Origin: Verrucomicrobiota bacterium
GTDB lineage: Bacteria; Verrucomicrobiota; Verrucomicrobiia; Opitutales; UBA953
DNA: 64,000 nt
NCBI GenBank assembly: GCA_015061905.1
Contig: SUVQ01000008.1
Coordinates: 25,867-89,866 of the forward strand
Direction: 5' to 3'
Positions 19,595-28,973 of the stretch are shown piece by piece. The notes beneath the pieces are model-generated. The model saw only the letters and a list, made by a program, of their open reading frames with translations, searched no databases and had not been told where the DNA came from. The position numbers and the translations under genes are program-made. Within the stretch, counting starts at the first letter, position 1. Every line of letters begins with the position of its first letter.

Positions 19595-20467
19595 ATGAGG
19601 AAATTTCTGGTGCGACTGGTGGTTGTCGGCGGGTTCGCTGTGCTTTGCGCTCTCGCGCTTCTTGCATGGGCGCGTTTTGTCGAACCGGCGATGCTGACGG
19701 TTACGGAGATTGAGGTTCCCGTCAGGCAGTGGGCGGGAACGCAGATGAATATACGCGCCGTGGCACTTTCGGATTTGCATTTGGGGCGCGGAAAAGGAGA
19801 GGAAAAACGCCTTGCCCGCATTGTGAAAAAGGTGCTTTCGCTGAATCCGGACGTTGTCTTTTTGCTTGGAGATTACGTTAAGGGAACGAAAAAAGAGGAA
19901 ATGATGTCGCCGGAGGAAATCGCGCGCGGCTTGCGTCCGCTTTCCGCGTGCGTTCCCGTATTGGGCTGCTTGGGCAACCACGATGCGTTTGGCGGAAATC
20001 ATGCGTTAATGAAAGCTTTCAGGGCGCAGGATATTCACGTATTTCGAAAAAAAGTGATTTCTTTCGGAGCACCGCGCACGGGAGCGCAAATGCAGGTGGC
20101 GGTAACCTTGGATCCGGATTCTTTCGGTGCCGTTCCCGATATTTTCCCGGAGTTCGAAGCGCAGGAGAAAATGCCGACGGTCGTGCTTACGCATTCGCCG
20201 GATGTTTATCCCGTGCTCTCCGGGAAAAGTGCGGTGGATTTCACGCTGTGCGGGCATACGCACGGCGGGCAGATTTGCTTGCCGGGCGGGTTCGCTCTGG
20301 TCAGCTCCACGCGCCGCGTCGGAACGGATTTCGCCTACGGGCTCAAAGACGTTCCCGGGAGCGGGCGCATGTTTGTTTCCCGCGGCTTGGGAACGAGCAT
20401 TCTGCCGATGCGCCTGTTTTGTCCGCCGGAAATTCTCGTCGTAGACTTCGTCGCCTCGAAGCCGTGA
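19595..20467 (+). CDS. Membrane-anchored metallophosphoesterase (YkuE-like)
   Basis: SDLH, GDY, GNHD, HSP, GHTHGGQ, SRGLG. Confidence 0.9.
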   Translation: MRKFLVRLVVVGGFAVLCALALLAWARFVEPAMLTVTEIEVPVRQWAGTQMNIRAVALSDLHLGRGKGEEKRLARIVKKVLSLNPDVVFLLGDYVKGTKKEEMMSPEEIARGLRPLSACVPVLGCLGNHDAFGGNHALMKAFRAQDIHVFRKKVISFGAPRTGAQMQVAVTLDPDSFGAVPDIFPEFEAQEKMPTVVLTHSPDVYPVLSGKSAVDFTLCGHTHGGQICLPGGFALVSSTRRVGTDFAYGLKDVPGSGRMFVSRGLGTSILPMRLFCPPEILVVDFVASKP

Positions 20468-20540
20468 GACCAAATTTCAATTTGCGGGAACGCAAAGCGG
20501 ACTTTATCTTCTTCGAAATTTTTTATCGTATTTTTTATTC

Positions 20541-23045
20541 ATGAACGCCCGCTACGTTTCTTTCGCTTTTTTTTGCGCCGCCGCATGGCTGTCGGCAACG
20601 CCGGCTTTTGCCGTTACGGAAATTTCGATAAATAATCTCGGCGGGAACGGGCTTCGGGAAGTGAAGTCCGACGAGCGGCTTGTCGTCGACCAGCAAATAA
20701 ACGATACGTTTTCCGGAGATTTGACGGGCGGCGGCTCTCTTGTTAAAACCGGAAGTGCCGGGCTGACACTCGACGGCGGCATTGAGCTCTCCCGAATCGA
20801 GGTGCTCGACGGCACGCTTACGCTCGGAAGCAACATCACGTTTTCCGGAACCGCAAACCCGACGATTTCCAATAAAGCGACGGTCGCGCTCGGTTTTTCC
20901 TCTGCGGATTCGAACCTGACAATTGAGGACTCGGAGCGCGTCGGCACGGTCGTTTCGACGGGAACGCTGACGGCGACGCGGCTCGCCGGGAATCTCTTAA
21001 ACGTGAACGCGGGAACGCTGACCGTGGAGATGGACGCGGCATTTAAGCAAATAAACGTGCTTTCCGGCGCGGCTTTGCAAATCGGCACCGGCGAAACCGG
21101 CTCGCTTGCGACGCTTGCCGGGAACGTGAATCTCGAAGATTCCGCGAAATTGATTTTCAACAGAAAAGCAACTTCCGGCGCGGATAAAATTGATTATTCC
21201 GGAAAAATTTCCGGCAACGGAGAACTCGTTTTTAACGGCTCGGCAATCACGTATTTTAAAAAAGGTATAGACCAAACGTATACGGGAAAAACCACCGTCA
21301 ATGCGGGCGGAATGCTCTTTGTCCGCGATACGGTAACCGGTTCTGACGGGCGGGAATACTACAATCCCGAGGCAAAGGCCGCCGAGCTCGCCTCTCCGGA
21401 AATACAGGTTAATCCCGGCGCGCATTTCGGCGGGCACACCACTGTCGCCGGGAACGTGAACGTTGCCGGAACCGCGTTTTCTTCCGTGGCGGATTGGAAC
21501 GCAAAAGTCGGGCAAAATACTTTCGGCGCATGGCAACTCGGCGCGGGAACGCTTTACGCGACAAGCGGGGACACGCTCACCGTCAACGGAAATCTCAAAA
21601 TTGCGAAAACCGAATACGGCGTCTATTTCCCGACGGAAACAAGTTTTGATTACGCCGGTAATTCCGGCGGCGCGCTCCGCGTCGATGTCGATGTCGTTGC
21701 CGGAGCCGTGCGTGCGGGAAATGTCGTCGCCAACGGGAACGTTGAGCTGGGCGGAACGCTGATTCTCGCCGGCGGGCAAAATCTTCCCGCCGGGCATCGT
21801 TTCGTTATTTTTGAATCCGATCCGGAAAAGACGACGGGTGCTTTTGAGCAAGTCGCTTACTACTCGGATAACGTTACGCTGTTGTTGCCGGGCGTGGGCG
21901 GAATCGCCGAAGGGCAATACGGCGCGGCGACCGTCGAAAACCGGAATGTGCGCAAGCGCGCTTCGTTTGACGAACACGACGGAATTTCGAGTTTCGTCGA
22001 TTATCTCGTCGGGCAATCGAACGAAATGAACAAAATTGCGCAAGCCGTTGCGCTTTCCGATGCGGCTTCCGTGTCGGATACGGTAAATAATTTTTCCGCG
22101 CTCCCGTATTGTTCCCTCGCCGAAATGGCGATTCGGCAGTCCGGCGCGGAACTCGATATGGTTTTGCTCGAAATCTCCCGCGCGCGCCGAACGCCGCCTC
22201 CGTCCTCGGACGGCGTCCGCGTTCCCGCAAATTTCACGTTTTTTTCCGGGCTGATTACGGATTTTGTCGACCACGAAAAAAAGAACGACAATCCGGTTTA
22301 TGATTTTGATAATCTCGGTGCGTATTTGGGCGGGCACAGTTGGTTGGATGACGAGCGCATCGCGGGTTTTTCCGTCGGGCTTCATCACGGTTCCGCAAAT
22401 CCGCACGGGAACGGCGGCACGCTTGAAGATATTGCGGCTCGCGCCAAAATTTTTGCGGTGTTCACTCCGAAGTTTTCCAATTGGTTTTTGACGGTCGGCG
22501 CTTCCGTCGGCGTGCATCATTACGATATTAATCGAAAAACTGCGCTCGGAGAAAATTTCGGAAATACCGACGGCGTCGACGCCGGGCTTTTTGTCGCCTA
22601 CAACTATCGCGCGGAGATTGAAAAGGATTTGTATTTCACGCCGTATTTGCGTTTTGAATACAATTTTTCCTATGCCGGCGGATTGACGGAATCCGGCTCC
22701 GCGAGCCGCTTGGATTTGAGCCGTCTGATTTATAACAATTACCGCTTGCGTGTCGGTTCCGGTTTTGAATATTTCGCGGGCGAGGGAAAAGTTTTCGGAA
22801 TTGATTTCGGCTTTGTCGGCTCGTTCGGGGAACGCCCGGAAATTACTTCGGAATTTGTGGAATATCGGGGCTCCCGCAATAAAATCCGCGGAACGGTCGA
22901 TGAGCCGATGTCTTTTGAAATCGCTCCGCGCGTCGGTTTGATGCTCGGCGACGATTGGACGGCGGACGCCGTTTACCGCGTTCAGACTTCGTTTTCCGGA
23001 AGCCTCAGCCACATGTTCGGAATCGGCTTAAGTAAGGAATTTTAA
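20541..23045 (+). CDS. Autotransporter outer-membrane protein
   Basis: Signal peptide, autotransporter-associated beta-strand repeats (LVKTGSAGLTL; YTGKTTVNAG), C-terminal beta-barrel ending IGLSKEF. Confidence 0.88.
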   Translation: MNARYVSFAFFCAAAWLSATPAFAVTEISINNLGGNGLREVKSDERLVVDQQINDTFSGDLTGGGSLVKTGSAGLTLDGGIELSRIEVLDGTLTLGSNITFSGTANPTISNKATVALGFSSADSNLTIEDSERVGTVVSTGTLTATRLAGNLLNVNAGTLTVEMDAAFKQINVLSGAALQIGTGETGSLATLAGNVNLEDSAKLIFNRKATSGADKIDYSGKISGNGELVFNGSAITYFKKGIDQTYTGKTTVNAGGMLFVRDTVTGSDGREYYNPEAKAAELASPEIQVNPGAHFGGHTTVAGNVNVAGTAFSSVADWNAKVGQNTFGAWQLGAGTLYATSGDTLTVNGNLKIAKTEYGVYFPTETSFDYAGNSGGALRVDVDVVAGAVRAGNVVANGNVELGGTLILAGGQNLPAGHRFVIFESDPEKTTGAFEQVAYYSDNVTLLLPGVGGIAEGQYGAATVENRNVRKRASFDEHDGISSFVDYLVGQSNEMNKIAQAVALSDAASVSDTVNNFSALPYCSLAEMAIRQSGAELDMVLLEISRARRTPPPSSDGVRVPANFTFFSGLITDFVDHEKKNDNPVYDFDNLGAYLGGHSWLDDERIAGFSVGLHHGSANPHGNGGTLEDIAARAKIFAVFTPKFSNWFLTVGASVGVHHYDINRKTALGENFGNTDGVDAGLFVAYNYRAEIEKDLYFTPYLRFEYNFSYAGGLTESGSASRLDLSRLIYNNYRLRVGSGFEYFAGEGKVFGIDFGFVGSFGERPEITSEFVEYRGSRNKIRGTVDEPMSFEIAPRVGLMLGDDWTADAVYRVQTSFSGSLSHMFGIGLSKEF

Positions 23046-23047
23046 CG

Positions 23048-23266
23048 ATGGATTATTCGGAATCCACGCGGGAACGCTTGCGGGAGCTTGAAATTAAGCT
23101 GACGTATCTCGACGATTACGTTTCCAAGCAAAACCAAACACTGGTCGAGCTTTCGCGTGAAGTGGACAGGTTGCGCCGCGCGCTACGCTCCCTCGCGGAA
23201 AAAACGGAAACGCTCGGCGGCGACGGGAACGTCCCGCCCGCCAACGAGAAGCCGCCCCACTGGTAG
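23048..23266 (+). CDS. slyX: SlyX family protein
   Basis: RLRELEIKLTY...QNQTL...EKPPHW. Confidence 0.9.
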   Translation: MDYSESTRERLRELEIKLTYLDDYVSKQNQTLVELSREVDRLRRALRSLAEKTETLGGDGNVPPANEKPPHW

Positions 23267-23306
23267 GCTTCCCGTTTTGCGGAAAGAAAAGCGCTTTCGC
23301 AATCGC

Positions 23307-24815
23307 TTACGCGATGCGGTGCGTTTGCAGGGCGAGCAATTTTTGAACGACGGCTTTGTCGTCGAACGGGAGCGTAATGTCCGCAAATTCCTGATACGTT
23401 TCGTGTCCTTTTCCGGCGATGAGCACGCAGTCGCCTTCGCGTGCGGCGTCCAGCGCGAGCCCGATGGCGCGGCGGCGATCCGGCTCGAATGCGATTTTTT
23501 CGGGAAAAATAACGCCGCGCTTCATGTCGTCAAAAATTTGCTCGACGGGCTCTTTTCTGGGATTGTCGGAAGTTGCCCAAGCGAAATCCGCAAAATTTTG
23601 AACGGCGCGCACCATTTTCGGGCGTTTTTCGCGATCCCGGTTTCCGCCGCATCCGAAAACGGCGAGCACGCGTCCGCGCGTGATTTTTTTCAGCATGCCG
23701 AGCGCGTTTGAGAGCGCGTCGTCCGTGTGCGCATAATCTACAAAAACATCGAAGGGGAACGGGTTTTCGGGAACGCGTTCCATGCGCCCGGGAACGCCGG
23801 GAAATGCGGCAATGTTCGCCGCCGCCTGCCGCACGTCGCCGCCGACGGCGCCGACTAACGCGAGCGCGCACAGCACGTTGCTGACGTTGTAATCTCCGGG
23901 AAGTTGTGTTTTCACCGCGAGCTTTCCCGCCGGGCAATTCAGCGTAAACTCGCTTCCGTTAGAAGAGAGCGAAATTTTTTCCGCCCAAAAACCGTCGCCC
24001 GCTTCTGTGTTTTTTTCGTTTAAGCCGAACGGGAACGCGCGCGTTTGCGGAGGCAGTTTTTTCAAAAGTTCCCGCCCGCGGGCATCGTCGGCATTGATGA
24101 CGGCGGCGCGCGGGAACGCGCCTTGCGAGCCGTCGAAGAGGCGGCTTTTTACGGCGAAATAATTTTCCATGTCGCCGTGGTAATCGATGTGATCCTGAGT
24201 GAGATTCGTGAACGCGACGACGGAGAAGGGCAGGGCGAAAACGCGTTTTTGGTCAATCGCGTGGGAGCTGACTTCCATTGCCGCACCGGCGCAATTCGCG
24301 TCGCGCATTTCCGCAAAAAGAGCCATCAGATCGAGCGATTCCGGCGTGGTTTTGTAGGAAGGAATGCTTCGCCGCCCGAGTTCGTAGCGCACGGTGCCGA
24401 TGAGCCCCCACGGCGCGCGGGTTTGCTTTGCCATCAGAAAGCGCACAATCGAAGTAACGCTCGTTTTCCCGTTCGTGCCCGTTACGCCGATCAGCGGGAA
24501 CGCATTGACGGGATCATCGAAAAATTCCCTTGCGGCGACGGCGACGGCTTCGGCAACGCTCGGCACAATAATTTGCGCGACACTTTTCGGGAGCGGCAGG
24601 CGTTCCCTTGTCGCTACGGCGATTGCTCCGCGCCGGACGGCATCTTCCGCGAAGTCCCGCCCGTTTGTCCGCAAGCCGTCCATCGCAAAAAAAAGTGCTC
24701 CCGGAACAACGCGCCGCGAATCCGTAATCAGCGTTTCCGGGCGGCAGGTTTCCGGAGCCGTTCCCGCAAACTGCGCGTTCGGGATTTTTGCAAAAAGTTC
24801 TCTGAGCGTTTTCAT
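23307..24815 (-). CDS. murE: UDP-MurNAc-tripeptide synthetase MurE
   Basis: GVTGTNGKTS, MEVSSHA, FTNLTQDHIDYH, DYAHT, SDNPR, AGKGHE; start MKTLREL at 24815. Confidence 0.97.
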   Translation of the reverse strand: MKTLRELFAKIPNAQFAGTAPETCRPETLITDSRRVVPGALFFAMDGLRTNGRDFAEDAVRRGAIAVATRERLPLPKSVAQIIVPSVAEAVAVAAREFFDDPVNAFPLIGVTGTNGKTSVTSIVRFLMAKQTRAPWGLIGTVRYELGRRSIPSYKTTPESLDLMALFAEMRDANCAGAAMEVSSHAIDQKRVFALPFSVVAFTNLTQDHIDYHGDMENYFAVKSRLFDGSQGAFPRAAVINADDARGRELLKKLPPQTRAFPFGLNEKNTEAGDGFWAEKISLSSNGSEFTLNCPAGKLAVKTQLPGDYNVSNVLCALALVGAVGGDVRQAAANIAAFPGVPGRMERVPENPFPFDVFVDYAHTDDALSNALGMLKKITRGRVLAVFGCGGNRDREKRPKMVRAVQNFADFAWATSDNPRKEPVEQIFDDMKRGVIFPEKIAFEPDRRRAIGLALDAAREGDCVLIAGKGHETYQEFADITLPFDDKAVVQKLLALQTHRIA

Positions 24816-24897
24816 TTTTTTTTTGATGCGATTGCGAAAAAAGGAGACGACGCGTGCTTTGCGCGTTCTCCTTTTCTCGGCGGATATTGCGCTTCGG

Positions 24898-26463
24898 TTA
24901 TTTTTGCTCCGGCGCGAAAGCGGAATCCGCGTCGAACGCGATATCGGAAATCTCGGCGTCGACGGCGTAAGCGTTCCCGATGTCGCCGATGAGGAAACTG
25001 TTTTTATACGCATCGACAACGGCGGGATTCGTCGTTCCCGACAAAGCTTCTCCGACGAGCTGGTCTCCGAGCCAAACGTAAAATCCGCCGGCGGTTTCGC
25101 CTTTCGGTTTCCATACGATGCGGATTTCCGCCGGGTTTTTTACAAAAATTTTCTTTTCCCGCACACCCGGTTTTGAGCCGTAGAGAAGCGTGTTTGTATC
25201 GTTCCAGTAAATACCGCTTTCGCTGACGAAAAGTTGCCCGACTTCGTTCGCGCCGTTCCCGCAGAAAACGCCGAGCACGTTGTCCGGGCGACCGGTTTCC
25301 TTCATTTTAAATTTAAACGAGAACGTAAACGGATGCGCGTTCCCGTTTTTCGCGTCGGACCAAGTTTGGCGAAAATCGCTTCCGCCCGGAAGTTGCGTGG
25401 CAAGAACGAGGCGTTTCCGGTTGTCGAGCTTCCAGCCGGCGGGCTTTTTTACGGAAGCGAGATCCTGCTGCGTTTCAAGTTTTTCGGCGTCGAGCCGTTT
25501 TAATCCGGCGTTGCGTTGCCCGACGCCGAGCACGCGCGCGATATTGCCGCCGACGATGAGCTCTCCCTGCGCGTTCGGGTGCGCCCCGCGCGCGGTGTCG
25601 ACCATCGAGCCGTCTTCCGCGAAAAATCCCTGCGCAATATTGTCGCAGGAAACAACGGATTTACCTTTGCTCCATTGGGCGGCGACGCTTCGCAAATGCG
25701 CGTTGTAAGCATCGTAATTGTTTTTCCCGTGTGTTCCCGTGCCGTTGTGTCCCGCCGTCGGGAGAAGTTCAAAAACGTGAACGCGCACCGCCGGATTGTG
25801 CTTCTGGTAGGCGAGAACGATGTTTTTGACGTGTCCGGCGATTTTTTCGTCGGATTCCCACGCGTCGTAAAGGTCGTTGATACCGATGAGAATGCAGAGC
25901 GTGTCGACTTTCTTGTTGCCGTAGAGCGATTTGTAGGTATCGCCGGTGTATTTTTTTAATTTCGTGCCGTCAAAAAAAGAATCGCGGGCGGCTTTTTTAT
26001 CTTTGATAAACGGGTTCGGTTGACCGAGTTTGAGCGTGACGGGACCGCGGTTTCGGGGCGGGTGCGCGGTGCCGGGATCAGCTTTGTAATCGCGTCCGCT
26101 TTCCGTTTTTTCGTTGCCGTGTCCGGCATATTGATAGGCGCGCCCGCTGGCGGCGGCTTCCGAAACGTTTTCGAATTTTTTTCCGCGATAATCCGGCGTG
26201 AGCGCGGAAACGTCGGTTTTCCACGCCGCGCCGCGTGTCATTCCCATGGGGGAAAATTTGACGTCGTTGTCGACAAAGGCTTTGAAAAGCTGATAGCGGT
26301 AGCTCGGCACGGGTCCGGCGAGATATTTTCCGCCGTTGGTGATGGAATCTCCGATGAAAACGATGTTCCCGGGATCGGATTTTTCGGGAGCGGCAAAAAT
26401 CGGCGCGGCACACGCACAAAGGGAACCGAGAAGAAGGGGGATTTTTTTCTGCAGGAGTTTCAT
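24898..26463 (-). CDS. Secreted SGNH/GDSL hydrolase with C-terminal beta-rich domain
   Basis: Signal peptide; VFIGDSIT, LIGINDL, GAHPNAQG; start MKLLQKK at 26463. Confidence 0.75.
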   Translation of the reverse strand: MKLLQKKIPLLLGSLCACAAPIFAAPEKSDPGNIVFIGDSITNGGKYLAGPVPSYRYQLFKAFVDNDVKFSPMGMTRGAAWKTDVSALTPDYRGKKFENVSEAAASGRAYQYAGHGNEKTESGRDYKADPGTAHPPRNRGPVTLKLGQPNPFIKDKKAARDSFFDGTKLKKYTGDTYKSLYGNKKVDTLCILIGINDLYDAWESDEKIAGHVKNIVLAYQKHNPAVRVHVFELLPTAGHNGTGTHGKNNYDAYNAHLRSVAAQWSKGKSVVSCDNIAQGFFAEDGSMVDTARGAHPNAQGELIVGGNIARVLGVGQRNAGLKRLDAEKLETQQDLASVKKPAGWKLDNRKRLVLATQLPGGSDFRQTWSDAKNGNAHPFTFSFKFKMKETGRPDNVLGVFCGNGANEVGQLFVSESGIYWNDTNTLLYGSKPGVREKKIFVKNPAEIRIVWKPKGETAGGFYVWLGDQLVGEALSGTTNPAVVDAYKNSFLIGDIGNAYAVDAEISDIAFDADSAFAPEQK

Positions 26464-26513
26464 GAGCGCAGATTTTTTTATAAAAATACGAAGAACGCAA
26501 CGCGGGAAAAATA

Positions 26514-26762
26514 AAGAACCACGGAAGAACGCGGATTTTTTACAGCAAAGAATTTCGCGCCAAGCCGCCAAGCCGCGAAATTAAAAAAAAGAAACCACGA
26601 ATAACCACGAATTTTCACGAATGATTTTAACGCAAAGAAGAAATCAGGGCATCTGCGGAAATCTATTTTATCCGTGGGAAAAATAAACCGCAAAAAACTT
26701 TTGCGTCTTCGCGTCTTTGCGTTTTCGCGCGAGAGCCTTTTGTGTAATTGGTGAAATTTGCG
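26514..26762. repeat. Mosaic of 8/9-bp periodic repeat elements upstream of PEP-CTERM gene
   Basis: ccacggaagaacgcgga; cgccaagccgccaagccgcgaa; ccacgaataaccacgaattttcacgaa; gcgtcttcgcgtctttgcg. Confidence 0.75.
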
Positions 26763-26787
26763 GTTTTTTTTTTCAAAAAAAAAATGC

Positions 26788-26818
26788 TTGACGGAGACGT
26801 TTTTTTTTTTGCGACAAT
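26788..26818 (+). promoter_or_regulatory. Putative sigma70 promoter with T11 tract in the spacer
   Basis: TTGACG (26788) - gagacg T11 gc - GACAAT (26813); same layout as 32641-32668. Confidence 0.45.
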
Positions 26819-26918
26819 CCGCAACAAGAATTGGGACAAATCGGCGGGAACGCCGCATGTGTCTCGGTTTTTACCCGCAAAATACTTTTTAACACTCACA
26901 ATTAAACTTAATCATTAT

Positions 26919-27557
26919 ATGAAAAAATATATAACACTCGCGGCTCTCCTCGCCGCCGGAACCGCCTGCGCTAACGCGGCAAAAGAAGAACTCACGCTGA
27001 CCTCGCCGACAGACGGCTCGCTCACGAGCAGCAATGCCGCTATTGCATGGGAAGACGCAGAAGTCACAGGAGCCCTTCAAAGCTGGGAAGTTACGTTTAC
27101 TGTGGCTTCGCAACGGTCGACACTTGCCGATACAGATCTTGTTTCAATCTGCGGCAAGTGGAAATTTGCTTTCAATGCTGATGGTTCTATTGAATTTTAT
27201 TCTGGTGTCGGTCAAAGCAACTATAGCGACGCCGGGTGGGTTTCTGTAGAGCCTGTTACCATTACCGTTTCGTTTGTCGGCGACTATGATATGAATGGAG
27301 TTTTCCAAGACAAAGGGGAGCTTTCCGCAACAATCGGTGAAAATACATATGCTTTGAAGGTAACTGACAATCTTGCAATTACTAGCGGTAACGTCGATAC
27401 CGGATTTCGTCTTTGGACTAATAATAAAAACGAACATTACTCGGGCATTTCGGTCGCGAAGTTAGACAACCATATCGTTCCCGAGCCGTCGGCGTTCGGA
27501 ATGCTTGCGGGACTTGGTGCGCTTGCGCTCGTGGCATCGCGTCGCCGCCGCAAATAA
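26919..27557 (+). CDS. PEP-CTERM sorting domain protein (212 aa)
   Basis: Signal peptide MKKYITLAALLAAGTACANA; C-terminal IVPEPSAFGMLAGLGALALVASRRRRK. Confidence 0.93.
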   Translation: MKKYITLAALLAAGTACANAAKEELTLTSPTDGSLTSSNAAIAWEDAEVTGALQSWEVTFTVASQRSTLADTDLVSICGKWKFAFNADGSIEFYSGVGQSNYSDAGWVSVEPVTITVSFVGDYDMNGVFQDKGELSATIGENTYALKVTDNLAITSGNVDTGFRLWTNNKNEHYSGISVAKLDNHIVPEPSAFGMLAGLGALALVASRRRRK

Positions 27558-27594
27558 TTTTTTGATGTATTAATTCATACGTTATTAAGTGTGG

Positions 27595-27630
27595 CGTTCC
27601 CGCGGCTTCGGTCGCGGGAACGTTTTTTTT
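27595..27630 (+). terminator. Rho-independent terminator whose stem is an inverted CGTTCCCG/CGGGAACG pair
   Basis: cgttcccgcg-gc-ttcg-gt-cgcgggaacg followed by a T-run. Confidence 0.85.
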
Positions 27631-27732
27631 TCGCGCAAAGCCGCAAAGTCTTTTAAGAAGTTCTCACGGATTCGCAGAGACACAGAGCTTTTTTTGAGTG
27701 CTTAGCGTCTTCGCGTCTTTGCGCGAGAATCT

Positions 27733-28953
27733 TTACTCTGCCAGCGAAAGAAGATTTTGCTTCGCGCGCAAAACGTTTTGCGGCAAGAGTTTTCCGTCGA
27801 GGCGGAAATGCCCGGCGTTCCCGAGCGGCGAGAGCGTTCCCGCGAGTGCGGCGAGGTCTCCGCGCTCCCATTCTGCGGCGATTTTTTTGACTTCGCTTTT
27901 GGAAAGCCCGCGTGTCGGGATTTCGACGGATTTTTTTTCTCCGGCGGGATTTATTCCGGTAAAGCGCAGGCAGGTTTTAGTTGCTTCCAAAGGCGAGACC
28001 AAGCGCAAAAGCTCTGTGGCTCCGGCGGGAATGTCGAAACGTTTTCCCGGTTTTTTCCCGAATGCGCTCCATGCAAATTTCAGGCAGGAAATATCGCGGA
28101 AAAGCGTGCGGTTGAGAAATTCCAGCGTTTCCGGCGGAGACCATTTGCGCACTTCGTGTTCCCAAAAAATGCCTTCGCGAAGGAGCGGGCAGGCGTGGTT
28201 TCCGAGTTCCGGCGCAAGGCGGAAAAACGGGGTTCCGGGGTTTTGTGCGACAGTGTCGCTTGCCCGGCGCAGGCGTTCTGCCGTGAGCTTCAGCGCGGGC
28301 TCGAGAACGACAATCGCACCGTTTTTCGAGAGGAGCGGCGCGAGGTTTTTTAAAAACGGGAACGCGTCTTCGCTTGCGGGAACGGCTTCGTTCAAGCTCC
28401 AGCCGAGCAGAATTAGATCCTGGGGCGGAAGCCCGAGCTTTGCGGGAACGAGTTTTTTCAAATCGCCGACAAGCGTTTCGACGGAAACTTGCGGGCTCTT
28501 CCCGCTTCCGGCGTTCTGCGCGATTTCTCGGGCTGCTTGGACGGCGGCGCGGGAACGGTCAAAAGCGGTAATGACGATTTTTCTTTCGGGGAATTTTTCC
28601 CGGAAAATTTCGGCGGCGGCAAAACCGCAGGGCGAGGCTCCGCTTCCGAGGTCGAGAATGCGAAGCGGCTCCGCGTCGCTTCCGAGCGGATTCCACGCGT
28701 AAATGTCAAGAAGCCGGCGAACGGCGAAACTTGCGCGCGCGAAACTTTGCGGAAAAAAGAAAAGCCCGTAGGCGGCAAGCAGTTTCGGGGCGCTCATATA
28801 ATCGCGGAATTTTCCGTTGACCGGGCGCTCTGTGGTAAAAAGGTCGCTCAAAGCTTCGACGGCGGGTCGCACTTTTTCGAGCAAAGTTCTGTCCGGAGTT
28901 TCGGCGGGAACGCTCCATGCTTCGCGTGCTTTTTTCAGCCAAAATTTTTCCAT
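27733..28953 (-). CDS. Class I SAM methyltransferase, Rsm22-like
   Basis: YGLFFFPQS, ILDLGSGASP, VVLEPAL. Confidence 0.65.
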   Translation of the reverse strand: MEKFWLKKAREAWSVPAETPDRTLLEKVRPAVEALSDLFTTERPVNGKFRDYMSAPKLLAAYGLFFFPQSFARASFAVRRLLDIYAWNPLGSDAEPLRILDLGSGASPCGFAAAEIFREKFPERKIVITAFDRSRAAVQAAREIAQNAGSGKSPQVSVETLVGDLKKLVPAKLGLPPQDLILLGWSLNEAVPASEDAFPFLKNLAPLLSKNGAIVVLEPALKLTAERLRRASDTVAQNPGTPFFRLAPELGNHACPLLREGIFWEHEVRKWSPPETLEFLNRTLFRDISCLKFAWSAFGKKPGKRFDIPAGATELLRLVSPLEATKTCLRFTGINPAGEKKSVEIPTRGLSKSEVKKIAAEWERGDLAALAGTLSPLGNAGHFRLDGKLLPQNVLRAKQNLLSLAE

Positions 28954-28973
28954 GATTCGGGGGTTTTGCCGGG

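Noticed and set aside
8473-25019. Extended N-termini in the ORF track (8473, 10106, 19523, 25019; also 26571, 26748, 41137, 47025)
   Set aside because: Homology begins at downstream ATGs, so starts were trimmed.
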